Assembly: GCA_937968125.1 (NCBI GenBank)
Contig: CALBUI010000075.1
Span: 1-61,378 of the forward strand
Length of the DNA: 61,378 nucleotides
Reading direction: 5' to 3'
DNA from: an uncultured Anaerolineales bacterium
GTDB taxonomy: Bacteria > Chloroflexota > Anaerolineae > Anaerolineales > UBA4823
Shown here: positions 18,700-28,148 of the stretch, piece after piece
Layout: every line of letters begins with the position of its first letter
Numbering within the stretch: the stretch's first letter is position 1
Made by a program: the position numbers and the translations under genes
The notes under the pieces: model-generated
Told to the model about the DNA's origin: nothing
Seen by the model: only the letters and a program-made list of their open reading frames with translations
Databases searched by the model: none

Positions 18700-18985
18700 T
18701 GTATTATAAAGGATCAGGAATGAACATGAGCAACCCCAGACATAACGAGGTGCTGCACAATCTGGAACCAGTGAAAATATAGCCCCTTGTGGGTGTTGTG
18801 ATCAGAGAGACCCTAATCGCTAGGTGCGTGGCACTCCATAAAATCCGTTCTCGAATTCATCAGCTCATCCATAAGTGCCACGCACCTTACCGTCAATTTA
18901 ATAAAAATTCCCTGGGTTCAACGTCAAAGACCTTTACCCAGGGAATATTCCTCATTCCTCACCAACCTACTGTATACTATTTCAC

Positions 18986-19741
18986 ATGCGTCTGGTTTGT
19001 CATTTCACATATCTGGGATTAGTGCCCTACCAGGAAGCCTGGGAAATGCAGGATCTACTGGCTGGCGAGATCGCCAATGGTGACCGACCGCCAACCTTGC
19101 TTCTGCTGGAGCACCCCCACACCTACACTTTTGGTCGCAGCGGGGTGGTCGAAAACCTTTTATGGAATGAAGCCAAACTGAACGAGATGGGCATCAGTGT
19201 CCATTGGGTGGATCGCGGCGGTGATGTCACCTATCATGGCCCGGGGCAATTAGTCGGCTATCCGCTGCTGCCATTGGGAAAACCAGACGTATCTCAGAAC
19301 AAAACCGGAAATTCGCGGCATCTCCCCCGGGTCGACTATATCGCATATCTGCGCAAACTCGAAACTGTGTTGATCACCGCCCTGGCCGCTTTAGGTGTCT
19401 CGGCTGAGCAATTCCCCGGACTGACCGGTGTTTGGATCAATTTTCAACCTCAGTCGCTGACTACCGATCCATCTCTCCTGCCCAGCCAGCACCCTTCCAA
19501 GATTGCTTCCATCGGGGTGAAAGTCGACGCGCAGGGTGTCACTAGGCACGGCTTCGCCTTGAATGTCAACCCGGATATGTCGTACTGGGAAGGGATCATC
19601 GGCTGCGGGTTGGAGGGATATCCGGAGACCAGCCTGGCAGAGCTGCTCTCCTCACCACCCTCCATCGAGGCAGTTATGGAGAGTGTAGTCTCTGTCTTTG
19701 CAGAGGAGTTCGACTTCACCATGCAGTCAAAACCACTTTAG
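18986..19741 (+). CDS. lipB: Lipoyl(octanoyl) transferase
   Basis: LLLEHPHTYTFGRSG, RGGDVTYHGPGQLVGYP and the KxxSIG lysine region (KIASIGVKV). Confidence 0.85.
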   Translation: MRLVCHFTYLGLVPYQEAWEMQDLLAGEIANGDRPPTLLLLEHPHTYTFGRSGVVENLLWNEAKLNEMGISVHWVDRGGDVTYHGPGQLVGYPLLPLGKPDVSQNKTGNSRHLPRVDYIAYLRKLETVLITALAALGVSAEQFPGLTGVWINFQPQSLTTDPSLLPSQHPSKIASIGVKVDAQGVTRHGFALNVNPDMSYWEGIIGCGLEGYPETSLAELLSSPPSIEAVMESVVSVFAEEFDFTMQSKPL

Positions 19742-19962
19742 TGCTATTACGCTGAAGGTGCATCACACATCAAATCATGTTTGTGAAATAGGCAGTTCTT
19801 CCGGATGTGCGACAAACCTGTTTCACTTAATTGATATAATCGTTTTCCCACACTATACGCTTATCTGGTAGCAACGCCTGTATTGGACATGTTCTTAGTC
19901 CAATGCTCCAGCGTTGCTACCAGGGAAATTACTGTAAAAAAAGTACCCAATAAGGAGCTATT

Positions 19963-20457
19963 GTGAACCCTACCGATACCCTCACCACCCTGTTCAGTCA
20001 CCACCTCTGGGCAAACCTGCGCCTGCTGGACCAATGCGCCGGTTTAACCAGTGAGCAATTGGCAGCCAGCATTCCCGGCGCGCGCGGCTCCATCCAAGAA
20101 ACATTGGAGCACATTACCAGGGCTGAGCAATCGTATTTTTCCCGCATAAGCACCGGCCAACCATTCCCTCACCCTGAAGATGCCCCGCCGATGACCATCG
20201 CCGACATGATCGAATCGCTGCGTACAACCGGCGAAGGTTTGATCGAATGGGCTTCGAAGGTGCAAGCCGGGGACACGGTTATGCTCGATTGGGACGGTAC
20301 CCCACGCGAGGTGCCCAAGACCATCATCCTCACCCAGGTGATCAACCACGCTACCGAACACCGGGAACAGGTCAAGGCCACCTTGACCGAGATGGGCATC
20401 GAACCGCTGGACTTGCAGTCCTGGTCATATTTCGACAAACTAGATCAGGGCACCTGA
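19963..20457 (+). CDS. DinB family protein (GTG start)
   Basis: LFSHHLWANLRLLDQC ... TLEHITRAEQSY ... INHATEHREQV, the His triad pattern of the DinB bundle. Confidence 0.7.
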   Translation: MNPTDTLTTLFSHHLWANLRLLDQCAGLTSEQLAASIPGARGSIQETLEHITRAEQSYFSRISTGQPFPHPEDAPPMTIADMIESLRTTGEGLIEWASKVQAGDTVMLDWDGTPREVPKTIILTQVINHATEHREQVKATLTEMGIEPLDLQSWSYFDKLDQGT

Positions 20458-20478
20458 CAACTTGCTGGAAAATAGAAT

Positions 20479-20904
20479 ATGCGAATAATTCTTGCGGTCA
20501 TCTTAGGTGCGGATGTCGGCACAATTACCCTATTATTGGTTGGGGTAATAGCTAACGCTATCAATCCGACTCCACCTGAGTTGATGGACCCGGCCACACC
20601 AGAAGCTGTGGCCCAGCGGGTGGCTTCCGCCACAATGAGCACCTGGCTCACGACGATATTTGGACTTGCTTTGGGTGCATTCTTCGGAGGCGTCGCCGGC
20701 GCCAGGGTTGCCAAAGACAGGAAAGTCTGGGTAACTAGCGCCATCGGTTTAGCGCTTTCCCTTTGGGCATTTTATACATTCTACATAGTCTACCCAGAGG
20801 TACTCTGGGTTCCTATTGCAATGTTGATCTCAGCTTTTCTTTTCTCCTATCTAGGAGGATTTGCAGCAACCCAATCACAATCAAAGAAGAGCACAAGCAT
20901 GTAA
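20479..20904 (+). CDS. Integral membrane protein, function unknown
   Basis: 141-aa ORF with 4 hydrophobic helices. Confidence 0.5.
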   Translation: MRIILAVILGADVGTITLLLVGVIANAINPTPPELMDPATPEAVAQRVASATMSTWLTTIFGLALGAFFGGVAGARVAKDRKVWVTSAIGLALSLWAFYTFYIVYPEVLWVPIAMLISAFLFSYLGGFAATQSQSKKSTSM

Positions 20905-21030
20905 TAACTCACCTCAACTTGGACGCTTGATAATTTATGCCAACAAGAATAGTAGGACCTGTTTGACACAGCAAAAAAATAACATTACACTTGGATTATC
21001 CCCAGCTTCACCACCCAACAGGAGGCAGAC

Positions 21031-21666
21031 ATGGCACACCAACTGGTCATGAAATCCGGCCCGGCGCCTGGTAAAGTGTATTCCCTGGAAAAAACCGAGA
21101 TATCGATCGGTCGTGAGGTGGGAAGCGACGTATTCGTAAATGATGAAGGGGTCTCCCGGCGACACGCTCGCCTGACATCGCAATTCGGTGATTATGTGCT
21201 CGAAGATTTGGGATCAACAAACGGCACTTTTGTCAACGGCCAGCGCGCCACCGGTCAGCGCATCGTAAAACCTGGGGATACTATCCTCTTGGGAGAGAAG
21301 GTCAGCCTGGCCTTCGAAGAGGTCCCCTTTGACCCCAACGCCACTCAAGCCAGCCTTTCCAACAAAGAACCACCACCTCCGCCACCCGCGCCCCTCCCTG
21401 ATTATGAACCACCACCGCCGGAGGAAGCACAGTACCCCTCCTCCCCGCCGCCTACCTACGCCGGCCGGGTTCCTGAGAGTCCTGTTGAGCCACTGGTGCC
21501 CGAAGAAAGCAGCCCCCGGCGGACCTGGATTTGGGCTGGTTGCGGCTGCGCATTAGTCCTGGTCTGCGTTCTGATCGGCTCTGCTTACATCTTTGATTTT
21601 CTCAACCTTTATTGTGTACCGCCCTTCCGCAGCGCGATGGTGCTGATCGGCGCCGCCTGCCCTTAG
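21031..21666 (+). CDS. FHA-domain protein with Pro-rich linker and C-terminal membrane anchor
   Basis: FHA core ISIGREVGSDVFVNDEGVSRRHARL...LEDLGSTNGTFVNGQR, then a PPPPPAPLPDYEPPPPEE linker and the TM helix WIWAGCGCALVLVCVLIGSAYIF. Confidence 0.8.
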   Translation: MAHQLVMKSGPAPGKVYSLEKTEISIGREVGSDVFVNDEGVSRRHARLTSQFGDYVLEDLGSTNGTFVNGQRATGQRIVKPGDTILLGEKVSLAFEEVPFDPNATQASLSNKEPPPPPPAPLPDYEPPPPEEAQYPSSPPPTYAGRVPESPVEPLVPEESSPRRTWIWAGCGCALVLVCVLIGSAYIFDFLNLYCVPPFRSAMVLIGAACP

Positions 21667-21702
21667 CATACATAGTTCTTGGGGAAAGTTCGCCGCCCGC
21701 GA

Positions 21703-21733
21703 CCCGGAGTCTGTACAGACTTCGGGTTTTTTT
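21703..21733 (+). terminator. Rho-independent terminator after the FHA gene
   Basis: cccggagtct-gtac-agacttcggg stem (10 bp including one G-U pair), followed by T7. Confidence 0.7.
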
Positions 21734-21871
21734 ACTTAATAGAAAGGTCAGGTTGAAGGAGAGGGAAACTCACTTCCATTTACACTTTTGATAGCACCCA
21801 AGCAATAAGGATGATCAATTGATAGAATGTCCTCGTCTTTATTCTAGTTTGAATGGTTTTTGAGGATTGAT

Positions 21872-22942
21872 ATGGACAGCCAGAAAGCGATCTCCCAAGC
21901 CAAAGGTGCGGCCAGTAAAAATGATTTCACTTCCGCTCAAAAAATACTTAAACAGGTGCTCACCCAGGAGCCCAAGAATGTTGATGCCTGGTTGGCATTA
22001 GCCGAAGTCGTCCAAAAACCGGACATAAAAGCCAAGTGTCTTGAGCGGGTCTTGAAGCTCGATCCCGAAAATGCGGCTGCCCGCCAGCAATTGATGTATT
22101 CCTACCAGGAAGTCTCTGAGCTGGAAAAGTTTAAAGAGACACTTACGTCAGCTGAGCCTCAAACCCTTGATGACCGCCTGCACAGTGTATCAGCTCCCTC
22201 GGCTAAGACGGATGATCCACGGCAAGTTGCTTCCGCTCCTTCTGCTGAGATTGACGCCCCCGGGCAGGGTGCCGCATCGCCCACTGCTGAGATGGATGAC
22301 CCCCGGCAGGGCGCTCCACTGCCCTCTGCTGAGTTGAATGACCCCTGGCAGGTTGAACCACCTCCCCAGGTGGCCTCCAGCGCGACTGCTGCGCCCGCGC
22401 CAGCTTCTGCTCAGAAGCAAAAAAGAGCTGAGCGACCGGTTCAGAAACCGGCTAAAAGAAAAGGCCGCTGGCTTGAAATATCTTTGATCGGTGTTTTGGT
22501 CGTGACTGCACTTTGCGTGTTCGGACTCTTCTTCCTGATCCCCAATCGTGATGCAGTCCGTGGTGAGCAGTTTTCCGCACCAGAAGCCCCCGTCGCTGAA
22601 AACCCGATGAATGTGATCATCGAGAATATTCGAGCTTCAAATGCGGAAAATGTGAACTACTACATGTCGACCATCCATTCAAAAAGCCCCTCTTACCAGA
22701 CCACGAAAAACATGACCAAAGAGGCCTTCTCGAAGTTCGACTTATCCTATAAGGTTTCGGGTTTGAAAATCATCAAGCAGACCAAGAACGAGGTAGTGGT
22801 GGCTTTCACTCTCACGACCAGGAAAATCCGCGGGCCGAATTTCCGTGATAACCACATCAATGGCGAGATGATCCTCCGCAAAGAAGATGGCATATGGAAG
22901 ATCTACAACCAGGTCGTCCACGATGTCAAATACCTGAATTGA
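21872..22942 (+). CDS. Membrane-anchored protein: N-terminal TPR-like segment, 14-aa repeat linker, TM helix, C-terminal NTF2/SnoaL-like domain
   Basis: TPR-like AQKILKQVLTQEPKNVDAWLALAEV; TM helix LEISLIGVLVVTALCVFGLFFLI. The C-terminal about 120 aa have an alpha+beta cone-like pattern. The ATG at 21872 is preferred over the TTG at 21860. Confidence 0.5.
   Translation: MDSQKAISQAKGAASKNDFTSAQKILKQVLTQEPKNVDAWLALAEVVQKPDIKAKCLERVLKLDPENAAARQQLMYSYQEVSELEKFKETLTSAEPQTLDDRLHSVSAPSAKTDDPRQVASAPSAEIDAPGQGAASPTAEMDDPRQGAPLPSAELNDPWQVEPPPQVASSATAAPAPASAQKQKRAERPVQKPAKRKGRWLEISLIGVLVVTALCVFGLFFLIPNRDAVRGEQFSAPEAPVAENPMNVIIENIRASNAENVNYYMSTIHSKSPSYQTTKNMTKEAFSKFDLSYKVSGLKIIKQTKNEVVVAFTLTTRKIRGPNFRDNHINGEMILRKEDGIWKIYNQVVHDVKYLN
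22187..22357 (+). repeat. In-frame 42-nt (14-aa) tandem repeat, about 4 copies
   Basis: SAPSAKTDDPRQVA / SAPSAEIDAPGQGA / ASPTAEMDDPRQGA / PLPSAELNDPWQVE. Confidence 0.7.
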
Positions 22943-23113
22943 TTCCGTAAACGTTTTTCTAGTTCTCGAATTAGATTACAAGTCCTAGCCTCTTCTGGTT
23001 GAACATCTTTCCCCCATCAACAAATCACGAAATAAAAATCCGCGTTTTTCCGTGGCTATCCGCATCCAATTAAAAAGATTTTCGCTCCCAACTGTTTTCA
23101 AGTCAGGATCAAC

Positions 23114-24661
23114 TCAATCCACGCCCAGCCCAACCGCTCCAGCTTCTCCCACCTTGTAAGCACCAATCAAGAATTCCTCCTGCACCCGGTCGAGTTCTCG
23201 CTCAATCTGATCGAGCGCTTTTTTTGCTTCAAGGTAATTTCCCACCCGTAATTGTCGATCAACCTCAACTAGCAGCTCTTCGATGACCAGGTTCTGCGGT
23301 GCTAACGGCCTGCGCAAATAATCGGCTACGATCCCCCGCTGGCGCATCTCCTCTCCATCCGGCAGCCAGGCGGTCAGGAAGTATGCCGAAGGATCGAGCA
23401 AGCGCTGGTACTCCCGGACTGCTTCGTAATAGGCTACTGTCAAGATTACATCTTCATACATATCCGGATTGATGTGCTGCCGGTACAGTTCGGATTTAAA
23501 CTGTTCCTCCATTTGCATTAAAGTCAGTCCAAAATGCTCCTGCAAGGCCAGGTCCAAGGCTTTCGATTGATCGCCGCTGGAGTGGTTCTCGATATCCCGG
23601 TAAAAATCATCGAAGGCACTGTAGCCGTACCTGTTCACCATAAACTCAACCAGGGCGCCACCCTCCAGGTATCCGATTTCATGCTGCGAAGTGTAGAAGG
23701 AATCTGCCAGCTCGGTCAGCGGCAGGTACCAGCCCAGTTCCAACAACGCTGCAGCCCTCGGCAGTAAGGGTTCTCTTTTAAAATGGCCATCCGAAAGGTG
23801 CACCGCCAGCCCTTCAACCAGTATCGATGGCCGCAGCTCTCCTCCCAAGCGGCGATCCAGGATATGGATCATCTCGTGGTGCAGAACCTGGGAAAGGTCA
23901 TTTCCGGCGTAATTGCTGTCGATATAAGAGATGTATATCTCGCTCCCCGCGAATCCCCCATGTCCTAAAACTCTCGGTAAGATGGTGATCGGGATGCGCT
24001 CAACAAAATCGACCCCCATGCGGTCGACCGAGCTCTCTGCCTGATCCTGGATCAAATCGATCAACTCTGGGACATCCTGGGCAAAATCAGTGCCCGAGAT
24101 AAAGTTGATTTCGCAGCAGTCCAGGACGATCGTCTCCCAGGTTGCAGCCGGCTCTGGGCTGGGTACTTCGATTTTGGGCAGCAGGCTGACCGTTTCAGTC
24201 CAGATTGGTCCTTCCGGTTCAACGGAATATTTGACCTGGTATTCTCCTGCTTGCAGGTCCCTGGTATCCCATACCCAATTGAATGTAGCCTGAATGCGCC
24301 CCCCTATGCCGTGCTCCTCAAATTTGGATGATCCCAGGTCGTTGGCTGCCAATCCCGTAATTTGAATTTGAACATTCTTTTCTTTTTGGTTTTCAGTTTC
24401 AGGTGATATAACTTCGATGCTGACCTGGTCACCGACAAAAAGAGGACCATCCGGGTGCAGGCGCACCAAATATCCACCTTCGAGAGGTGGGATTGGCGTG
24501 CTGGTGGGAGTGGGAGTTGGCGTTGGCGTTGGAGCGGGATGGGTGGGAATCGGGGAATTGGTTGGCGATGGCTGCGCGGTATCCGTTGGATCCGGCGCCA
24601 GCGAGCCAACCGCCTGGCAAGCTATCAGGATGAAAAAAGCCAAGAGTAATAAACGTCGCAC
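23114..24661 (-). CDS. Secreted zinc-metallopeptidase-like protein (HExxH)
   Basis: Signal peptide MRRLLLLAFFILIAC, a Pro/Thr linker (PAPTPTPTPTPTSTP) and the HExxH motif in LHHEMIHILD. Confidence 0.5.
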   Translation of the reverse strand: MRRLLLLAFFILIACQAVGSLAPDPTDTAQPSPTNSPIPTHPAPTPTPTPTPTSTPIPPLEGGYLVRLHPDGPLFVGDQVSIEVISPETENQKEKNVQIQITGLAANDLGSSKFEEHGIGGRIQATFNWVWDTRDLQAGEYQVKYSVEPEGPIWTETVSLLPKIEVPSPEPAATWETIVLDCCEINFISGTDFAQDVPELIDLIQDQAESSVDRMGVDFVERIPITILPRVLGHGGFAGSEIYISYIDSNYAGNDLSQVLHHEMIHILDRRLGGELRPSILVEGLAVHLSDGHFKREPLLPRAAALLELGWYLPLTELADSFYTSQHEIGYLEGGALVEFMVNRYGYSAFDDFYRDIENHSSGDQSKALDLALQEHFGLTLMQMEEQFKSELYRQHINPDMYEDVILTVAYYEAVREYQRLLDPSAYFLTAWLPDGEEMRQRGIVADYLRRPLAPQNLVIEELLVEVDRQLRVGNYLEAKKALDQIERELDRVQEEFLIGAYKVGEAGAVGLGVD

Positions 24662-24714
24662 AGCGTAATTATACCCAGCCGCACTGACTGGTAAAATAAA
24701 CTAACAATTGCTTA

Positions 24715-25815
24715 ATGGTATTCTTGCAACCTCCGGAGGTCTCAATGTCACCTATGTTTGTGCCTGGTCCCGTGGACGTGGACGAGGGTGTACTCTTAGC
24801 TCAATCCCAGCCGATGGTACCTCACCGCTCCCAGGAATTTGAAGACTTATACCTGCGGACCAGGGGTAAAGCCCAGCCGCTGTTTGCCACCCAGGCGCAG
24901 GTTTTCATCGTCGCCTCTTCCGGCACTGGGCTGCAGGAGGCCGCGGTCCGCAACCTGGCAAGAAAGGATGTGCTCAGCTGCATCAACGGAGCCTTCAGCC
25001 AGCGCTGGTTAGATGTTGCACTAACTAATGCGAAGCAGGCGGACCGGCTGGAAGCGGATTGGAACCGGCCGATCATGCCGGAGATGGTCGCCGATGCGCT
25101 GAGCAAGAAAAAGTATGAGCTGCTCACCCTGGTGCACAATGAGACTTCGACTGGTGTACAGAACCCTATCCAAGAGGTCGCCGCGGTTGTCCATGATGTC
25201 AGCCCGGACACCCTGATCTGTATCGATGCTGTTTCCTCACTTGCGGGGGTGAAGATCGAGATGGACGCCTGGGGCCTCGACATGGTCTTGACCTCTTCCC
25301 AAAAATGCCTGGCCCTGCCGCCTGGATTGGCCTTGGCCGCAGTCTCCGAGCGCGCCCTTGCATATGCAAAGGATGTGCCGGACCGGGGCTGGTACTTTGA
25401 TCTGGTCCGCTTGGAGGCCCATCTCAACAAGGACTCCACCCCAGCCACCCCTGCCATGTCTTTGATCTATGCCCTGGAAAGACAGCTGGATCGCATCCAG
25501 AAGGAAGGCTTGGAAAACCGGTTCGCCCGGCACAGCACTATGGCAAAGCATGTTCAAAGTTGGGTGACTGCCAATGGGTTTGAGGTTTTTGCGCAAGATG
25601 GTTATCGGTCCAACACGGTAACGGCAATAAAAAATAACTTGGGTCTCGAATTTGAGGCGCTGAACTCGTTTCTCATATCTAGAGGCATGCGTATCGCCAA
25701 TGGTTATGGGCAGCTGCGGGGAAAAACCTTCCGCATCGCTCACATGGGGGAAACTAAACTCACGGATATTCAAAATTTATTGGCTGCAATAGAAGACTAT
25801 CTTAAAATAATATAA
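24715..25815 (+). CDS. Class V PLP-dependent aminotransferase (serine-pyruvate/alanine-glyoxylate type)
   Basis: FVPGPV start region, HNETSTGV, and the PLP-lysine region SSQKCLALPPGLA. Confidence 0.8.
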   Translation: MVFLQPPEVSMSPMFVPGPVDVDEGVLLAQSQPMVPHRSQEFEDLYLRTRGKAQPLFATQAQVFIVASSGTGLQEAAVRNLARKDVLSCINGAFSQRWLDVALTNAKQADRLEADWNRPIMPEMVADALSKKKYELLTLVHNETSTGVQNPIQEVAAVVHDVSPDTLICIDAVSSLAGVKIEMDAWGLDMVLTSSQKCLALPPGLALAAVSERALAYAKDVPDRGWYFDLVRLEAHLNKDSTPATPAMSLIYALERQLDRIQKEGLENRFARHSTMAKHVQSWVTANGFEVFAQDGYRSNTVTAIKNNLGLEFEALNSFLISRGMRIANGYGQLRGKTFRIAHMGETKLTDIQNLLAAIEDYLKII

Positions 25816-25820
25816 CCATC

Positions 25821-27068
25821 ATGAATAATCAGCAAAAGGGATCAGAGACCTTCGAAATTACCTTGGAGAACCCGGCTTATGGTGGCGATACCATCGGCCG
25901 CTTGCCGGATGGGAGGGCTGTCTTCGTCCCGTACGGCATTCCTGGCGAGAGAGTCAAAATCCGCATAGTCAGCGACAAGAAGAAGTACGCGCGTGGTGAG
26001 CTGCTAGAAATCCTGGATCCATCTCCTTTCCGGATTCAACCTCGCTGCCAGCATTTCGGCGATTGTGGAGGCTGTCACTACCAGCATATTTCGTATGAAC
26101 AGCAGATGATTATTAAGCAAAAAATTCTGCGCGATCAGCTCGAAAGGATAGGACGATTGGAGGAGCCAGTTATTGAGCCAGTCATCCCCTCCCCAAAGAT
26201 TTTTAATTACCGCAACCATGTGCAGTTTAAGGTCGGGAAAAATAAGAAGCTAGGATTTTACCGGAGCAGCAAAAATGGGGTATTGGAGATCGATGAATGC
26301 CACCTTCCGGATGAAATGATTGATCAAATCTGGCCAATGCTGGAGATAGATCCTCAGACGGGGATCAAATCTATTGGATTGCGTAAAGGTGAAGGGGAGG
26401 ATATGCTGTTGATCCTAGAATCGCCCCAGCTATTCGATGCCGATTTCGATGTAGAGACCCTACCAGTATCAGTTGCTCATATCAGTCCTGAAGGAGAGCA
26501 GGTGCTTGCAGGCAGCCCTAATAACATCATTCAAGTAAAAGAGAGAAACTTCCTGGTCTCAGCGGGATCATTTTTTCAAATTAACATACCTCTTGTTGAG
26601 CAGGTGATCGATTTGATTGAAACTAGAATACCTGACCAGGTTGGTTTGGCGCTTGAGTTGTATTCAGGTGTGGGATTATTCAGTGCTTTTTTGGCAGGAA
26701 AAGTAGAGAGACTGATTGCAATTGAATCTTCTGAATCCGCAGGAGAAGATTTTGTTACAAACCTTGACCAATTTGAAAATGTAGAACTATATCAAGGGAA
26801 TGTCGAGAAGATTTTACCCTTCCTTGACATAGAGCCAGAAATTGTATTAGTCGATCCGCCTCGGACAGGATTAAAGAGGGTAGTTCTTGCTAACTTAATC
26901 GAAAAAAATCCAGACTTGATTGTGTACATCTCATGTGATCCAGCCACATTAGCCAGGGATAGTCGTATAATGACTGAGGGTGGATACATACCGGAAAAAT
27001 TCATCCCATACGACTTCTTCAGCCAGACATTCCATATCGAAACTGTAAGCTTTTGGCGTAAAAAATAG
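25821..27068 (+). CDS. rlmD: TRAM-domain 23S rRNA (uracil-5)-methyltransferase, RlmD/RumA family
   Basis: N-terminal TRAM-like barrel, Fe-S cysteines CQHFGDCGGCHYQH, a SAM site (LELYSGVGLFS) and the catalytic YISCDPATLARD. Confidence 0.75.
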   Translation: MNNQQKGSETFEITLENPAYGGDTIGRLPDGRAVFVPYGIPGERVKIRIVSDKKKYARGELLEILDPSPFRIQPRCQHFGDCGGCHYQHISYEQQMIIKQKILRDQLERIGRLEEPVIEPVIPSPKIFNYRNHVQFKVGKNKKLGFYRSSKNGVLEIDECHLPDEMIDQIWPMLEIDPQTGIKSIGLRKGEGEDMLLILESPQLFDADFDVETLPVSVAHISPEGEQVLAGSPNNIIQVKERNFLVSAGSFFQINIPLVEQVIDLIETRIPDQVGLALELYSGVGLFSAFLAGKVERLIAIESSESAGEDFVTNLDQFENVELYQGNVEKILPFLDIEPEIVLVDPPRTGLKRVVLANLIEKNPDLIVYISCDPATLARDSRIMTEGGYIPEKFIPYDFFSQTFHIETVSFWRKK

Positions 27069-27083
27069 CCACATTTTCCTGAC

Positions 27084-27240
27084 CTTCGGACAAAAAATCG
27101 GACATCAGAACCCAAGTGCCTGTCATTGCGAGCCGCAAGCGTTGTCCTTGCGGCGTGACAATCTCCCAGTGATGAGATTGCTTCGCAAAAAACGCTCGCA
27201 ATGACATCCAAAATAGGTTTGTCCGAACTCTTGTCCGAAC
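27084..27240. repeat. MITE/REP-like nested palindromic element
   Basis: Terminal inverted copies of TTGTCCGAA (left: cttcggacaa 27084-27093 and tcggaca 27099-27105; right: ttgtccgaac 27219-27228 and 27231-27240). The core palindrome is gtcattgcgagc (27122-27133) with gctcgcaatgac (27194-27205). Inner stems are cgcaag/cttgcg and caatctc/gagattg. It belongs to the widespread cattgcgag...ctcgcaatgac palindrome class. Confidence 0.45.
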
Positions 27241-27254
27241 TTGAGATTTTCTCC

Positions 27255-27298
27255 TTGACACAGAACAGATGTTCTGATATAAATAGAACATCTGTTCT
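27255..27298 (+). promoter_or_regulatory. Sigma-70-type promoter (TTGACA-17 nt-TATAAA) overlapped by two Cheo-type LexA boxes
   Basis: -35 TTGACA at 27255-27260 and -10 TATAAA at 27278-27283. AGAACAGATGTTCT (27262-27275) lies in the spacer. AGAACATCTGTTCT (27285-27298) lies over the expected transcription start site. Both fit GAAC-N4-GTTC perfectly. Confidence 0.6.
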
Positions 27299-27323
27299 TT
27301 ATCGTTACATCAAGGAGATCAAA

Positions 27324-28127
27324 ATGGTCACCAGTTTAATTCCCTCTGTTTGGCGAGAAACTCGAAGTCCAGTTGCTCCCGAGATTAATGTTCAACAATT
27401 TCCTCCCCAAGAAATAAGAAATTCAACACCAAGTATTTATTCTATTTACGAATCTTATGGACCTTTTCCAAATCAATCGTTAATGGTTGGAATTTGTGCC
27501 GATGGTTTTCCATTTATGCTGGATCTAAATAATTCGAGATCGGGTTCGGTTTTGGTTATTGGGGAAAATACTCATGAGAGATCCCAAATATTGAAGACAA
27601 TGTGCCTGTCAGCAAGCCTGATCAATAAACCTGAGCAAATCACCATTTTCGTGATCACAAATAAACCTCATCAATATGCAGATCTTTCAAAATATCCAAA
27701 CTGCCAGGCAATCATTTCTCCTTATGAAAGATCTTCCGGTGAATTGGTGATCGAATTAGCATCGATTGTTGAACAACGACGATCTGGAAGGGAGCGTGGG
27801 GGTTCATTGATGTTATTAATTGATGATTTCCAAAGCATTAATGCGATTTTGAACGACTTCAGCGTCTATTTGAACCTGAAATCAATGGTTAATACTGGAC
27901 CACAAAATGGTGTGTGGCCAATCATTTCCATACAACCGGATGACGTTCATTCCTCCAGGGGACAGTTATTACGCTCTTTTGGTACATATATCTTTGAAAA
28001 GGTTGACAACAATCAAGTCTTCCTCCCAGAAAATGGTGAAATGGATCCAAGTGATCTAGTTTATACACCCAATTTCAATGTCATTGTCGGTGGAAGATTA
28101 ACTCCAATCAGTAATTTGTTAGCTTAA
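27324..28127 (+). CDS. FtsK/SpoIIIE-like P-loop-fold protein with degenerate Walker A/B motifs
   Basis: ATG at 27324 with AAGGAG 6 nt upstream. It is colinear with the FtsK motor core: VGICADGFPFMLDL..GSVLVIGENTHERS (in place of GxxGSGKS), LMLLIDDF (in place of DE) and ISIQP (in place of ATQRP). Confidence 0.45.
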   Translation: MVTSLIPSVWRETRSPVAPEINVQQFPPQEIRNSTPSIYSIYESYGPFPNQSLMVGICADGFPFMLDLNNSRSGSVLVIGENTHERSQILKTMCLSASLINKPEQITIFVITNKPHQYADLSKYPNCQAIISPYERSSGELVIELASIVEQRRSGRERGGSLMLLIDDFQSINAILNDFSVYLNLKSMVNTGPQNGVWPIISIQPDDVHSSRGQLLRSFGTYIFEKVDNNQVFLPENGEMDPSDLVYTPNFNVIVGGRLTPISNLLA

Positions 28128-28148
28128 ATCGATTAAAAGGAACAATTT

